From NCBI RefSeq assembly GCF_004010195.1, contig NC_057720.1:10399830-10463829 (forward strand): a stretch of 64,000 bases of DNA, given 5' to 3'. The stretch's first letter is position 1; each line of letters begins with the position of its first letter. Under the pieces are notes generated by a model that saw only the letters and a program-made list of their open reading frames with translations, was not told the origin of the DNA and ran no database searches. Of the stretch, positions 62,141-64,000 are shown in pieces. This stretch comes from Chiloscyllium plagiosum. Taxonomy: Eukaryota. The translations under genes and the position numbers were made by a program.

Positions 62141-62442
62141 AGAACATAGAACATAGAACAATACAGCACAGAACAGGCCCTTCGGCCCACGATGTTGTGC
62201 CGAACTTCTAACCTAGATTAAGTACCCATCCATGTACCTATCCAAATGCCGCTTAAAGGTCGCCAATGATTCCGACTCTACCACTCCCACGGGCAGCGCA
62301 TTCCATGCCCCCACCACTCTCTGGGTAAAGAACCCACCCCTGACATCTCCCCTATACCTTCCACCCTTCACCTTAAATTTATGTCCCCTTGTAACACTCT
62401 GTTGTACCCGGGGAAAAAGTTTCTGACTGTCTACTCTATCTA
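62141..62442 (-). mobile_element. Young CR1 3' end with (CATAGAA)n tail
   Basis: ORF 62213-62458 (TRGHKFKVKGGRYRGDVRG.FFTQRVV). Absent from the paralogous site at about 38740-38840. Confidence 0.9.
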
Positions 62443-64000
62443 TTAGAAGGTGCATCAATGCAGGGCTCTATCTACTGAAGTAGGATGCAACAGATCGACA
62501 TAGAGTAAAGTTCTGACCATTATTTAGCCATTAAAGCTTTATCATAATAAATAGATTACCTCATCATTATCAAGTTTAAGCAATATTGGGCCACATTTCA
62601 GCCATTACAATTGTGACTGCATTGTTTTAAATAAATGTACACTTTATTGGTTGTGAATTACTTTGGCATGGTCTTGGATTGTGAAACGTTAAACATAAAT
62701 TCATGTTTTCTTTCTTCCAAGAGCTACACACTTGAATGTCCATGTTATGTTCATTTTCTACAGGGTGTTAGTACATTTCCTTGAAGCTGTATTTCTGCAT
62801 ATCAGTCATTCAGTTAACCCGCATCAATTTGTCCTTTTGTAAGTTACACATCATTGGCCAGTCACAAGCCCTATTGAGATCTGACTATTTTAGTTGTGGA
62901 TTATCTACTGTCCTTTCTCTTGCAGTTAACTTGGGATCATATGGAAACGTGCAGATGATTCCTCCACAATATGCACATCTCGATAAGATCATTAGCTGCA
63001 ACAGTTCTACAGATCCAACATTACTCCTGTGGAACACCACTGTAAGTCACAAAGATCATGCACAAACATAATGCTTCCATCAACTTAACAAAATAGGTGA
63101 CAGCCATTCTCTAGTGCATTCATCAGGGCAATGCCTTGACCAATTAGAGTCAATCTGCCTCACTGACATGTAAACAAAGCTTGGCCGTTAACTTTCAATC
63201 ATCATTTAACTGGCGCCTCTGCTGTTGCCAACTAACCAGCACTCTGTTCTCATACATTATAAAATGTTGTTCCCTTTTGCAGGCTTGCAAATTTCCAAAT
63301 AAACACGGATGATTGACTGCAACAAGATATATTTTCTTTCAGAAATGTACTTGATGTACATGTGCAGTGAAAATGACGTATTGAAACACCTAACTCTAAC
63401 CAAGGGAGAGGTCAGTAGACAATCCACAACCAAAACAGTCAGATCTAGATTGGGCTTGTAACTCTAACCTTGGACAAGGTGAGGAGATGCCGATGTTGAA
63501 CTGGGGTGGACAAAGTCAGAGGTCACATGACACCAGGTTATGACTTAAGAGATTTATTTGAAATCACAAACTTTAGCAGTGGGGCTGATGAATGGGCTAT
63601 GCTTTGAAAGCTTGTAATTTAAAATAAACTTGTTGGACTATAATCTGGTGTCTGAGAGAAAGTAAGGAATGAAGATGCTGGAGAGTCAGAGTCAAAAAGT
63701 GTGGTGCTGGAAAAGCACAGCAAGTCAGGCAGCATTCGAGGAGTTAGAGATTTGACATTTTGGACATACGCCCCTCCACTGACACACTTATTTGATTGGC
63801 GGAACCAGTTGTCACCCTCAACAAATTCCCTTTTGAATCCTCCCATTTCCTTCAGGCCAAAGGGGTAGCCATGGGCCTCCACATCGGCCCTAGCTATGCT
63901 TGCCTCTTTATTTCCTTCAGGCCAAAGGGGTAGCCATGGGCATCCGCATCGGCCCCAGCTACACTTGCCTCTTTGCCGGATATATGAAACAGTCCATCTT

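Larger units (their letters stand above)
56740..64000 (-). repeat. Right arm of the inverted segmental duplication (runs off the window end)
   Basis: See left arm; position 64000 corresponds to about 36922. Confidence 0.92.

Overview
Vertebrate genomic DNA, inferred to be shark (elasmobranch) from its HE1-type tRNA SINEs, HER1/CR1 LINEs and Penelope-like repeats. It is mostly transposon-derived and has an 80-N assembly gap at 47783-47862. Host-gene content is limited to the CLCA (calcium-activated chloride channel regulator) family. On the minus strand is a disabled gene with exons equivalent to mammalian CLCA exons 1, 9, 10, 11 and 12 (about 1310-16451); it carries stops and frameshifts, and exons 2-8 were not found. 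On the plus strand are two intact terminal exons 13-14 (30994-32928, FN3 plus transmembrane tail) with no upstream exons in the window. A large diverged inverted duplication (about 36920-44385 vs 56740-64000+) supplies empty/filled site pairs. The most unusual signals are: (i) several Penelope-derived fold-back insertions carrying minimal hammerhead ribozyme motifs and 14-16-bp target-site duplications; (ii) CR1 tail insertions flanked by about 85-95-bp duplications; (iii) a Gmr1-like LTR retrotransposon with integrase upstream of RT, whose LTR can be linked to solo LTRs in the window. All alignments were done by eye, so repeat boundaries are approximate.
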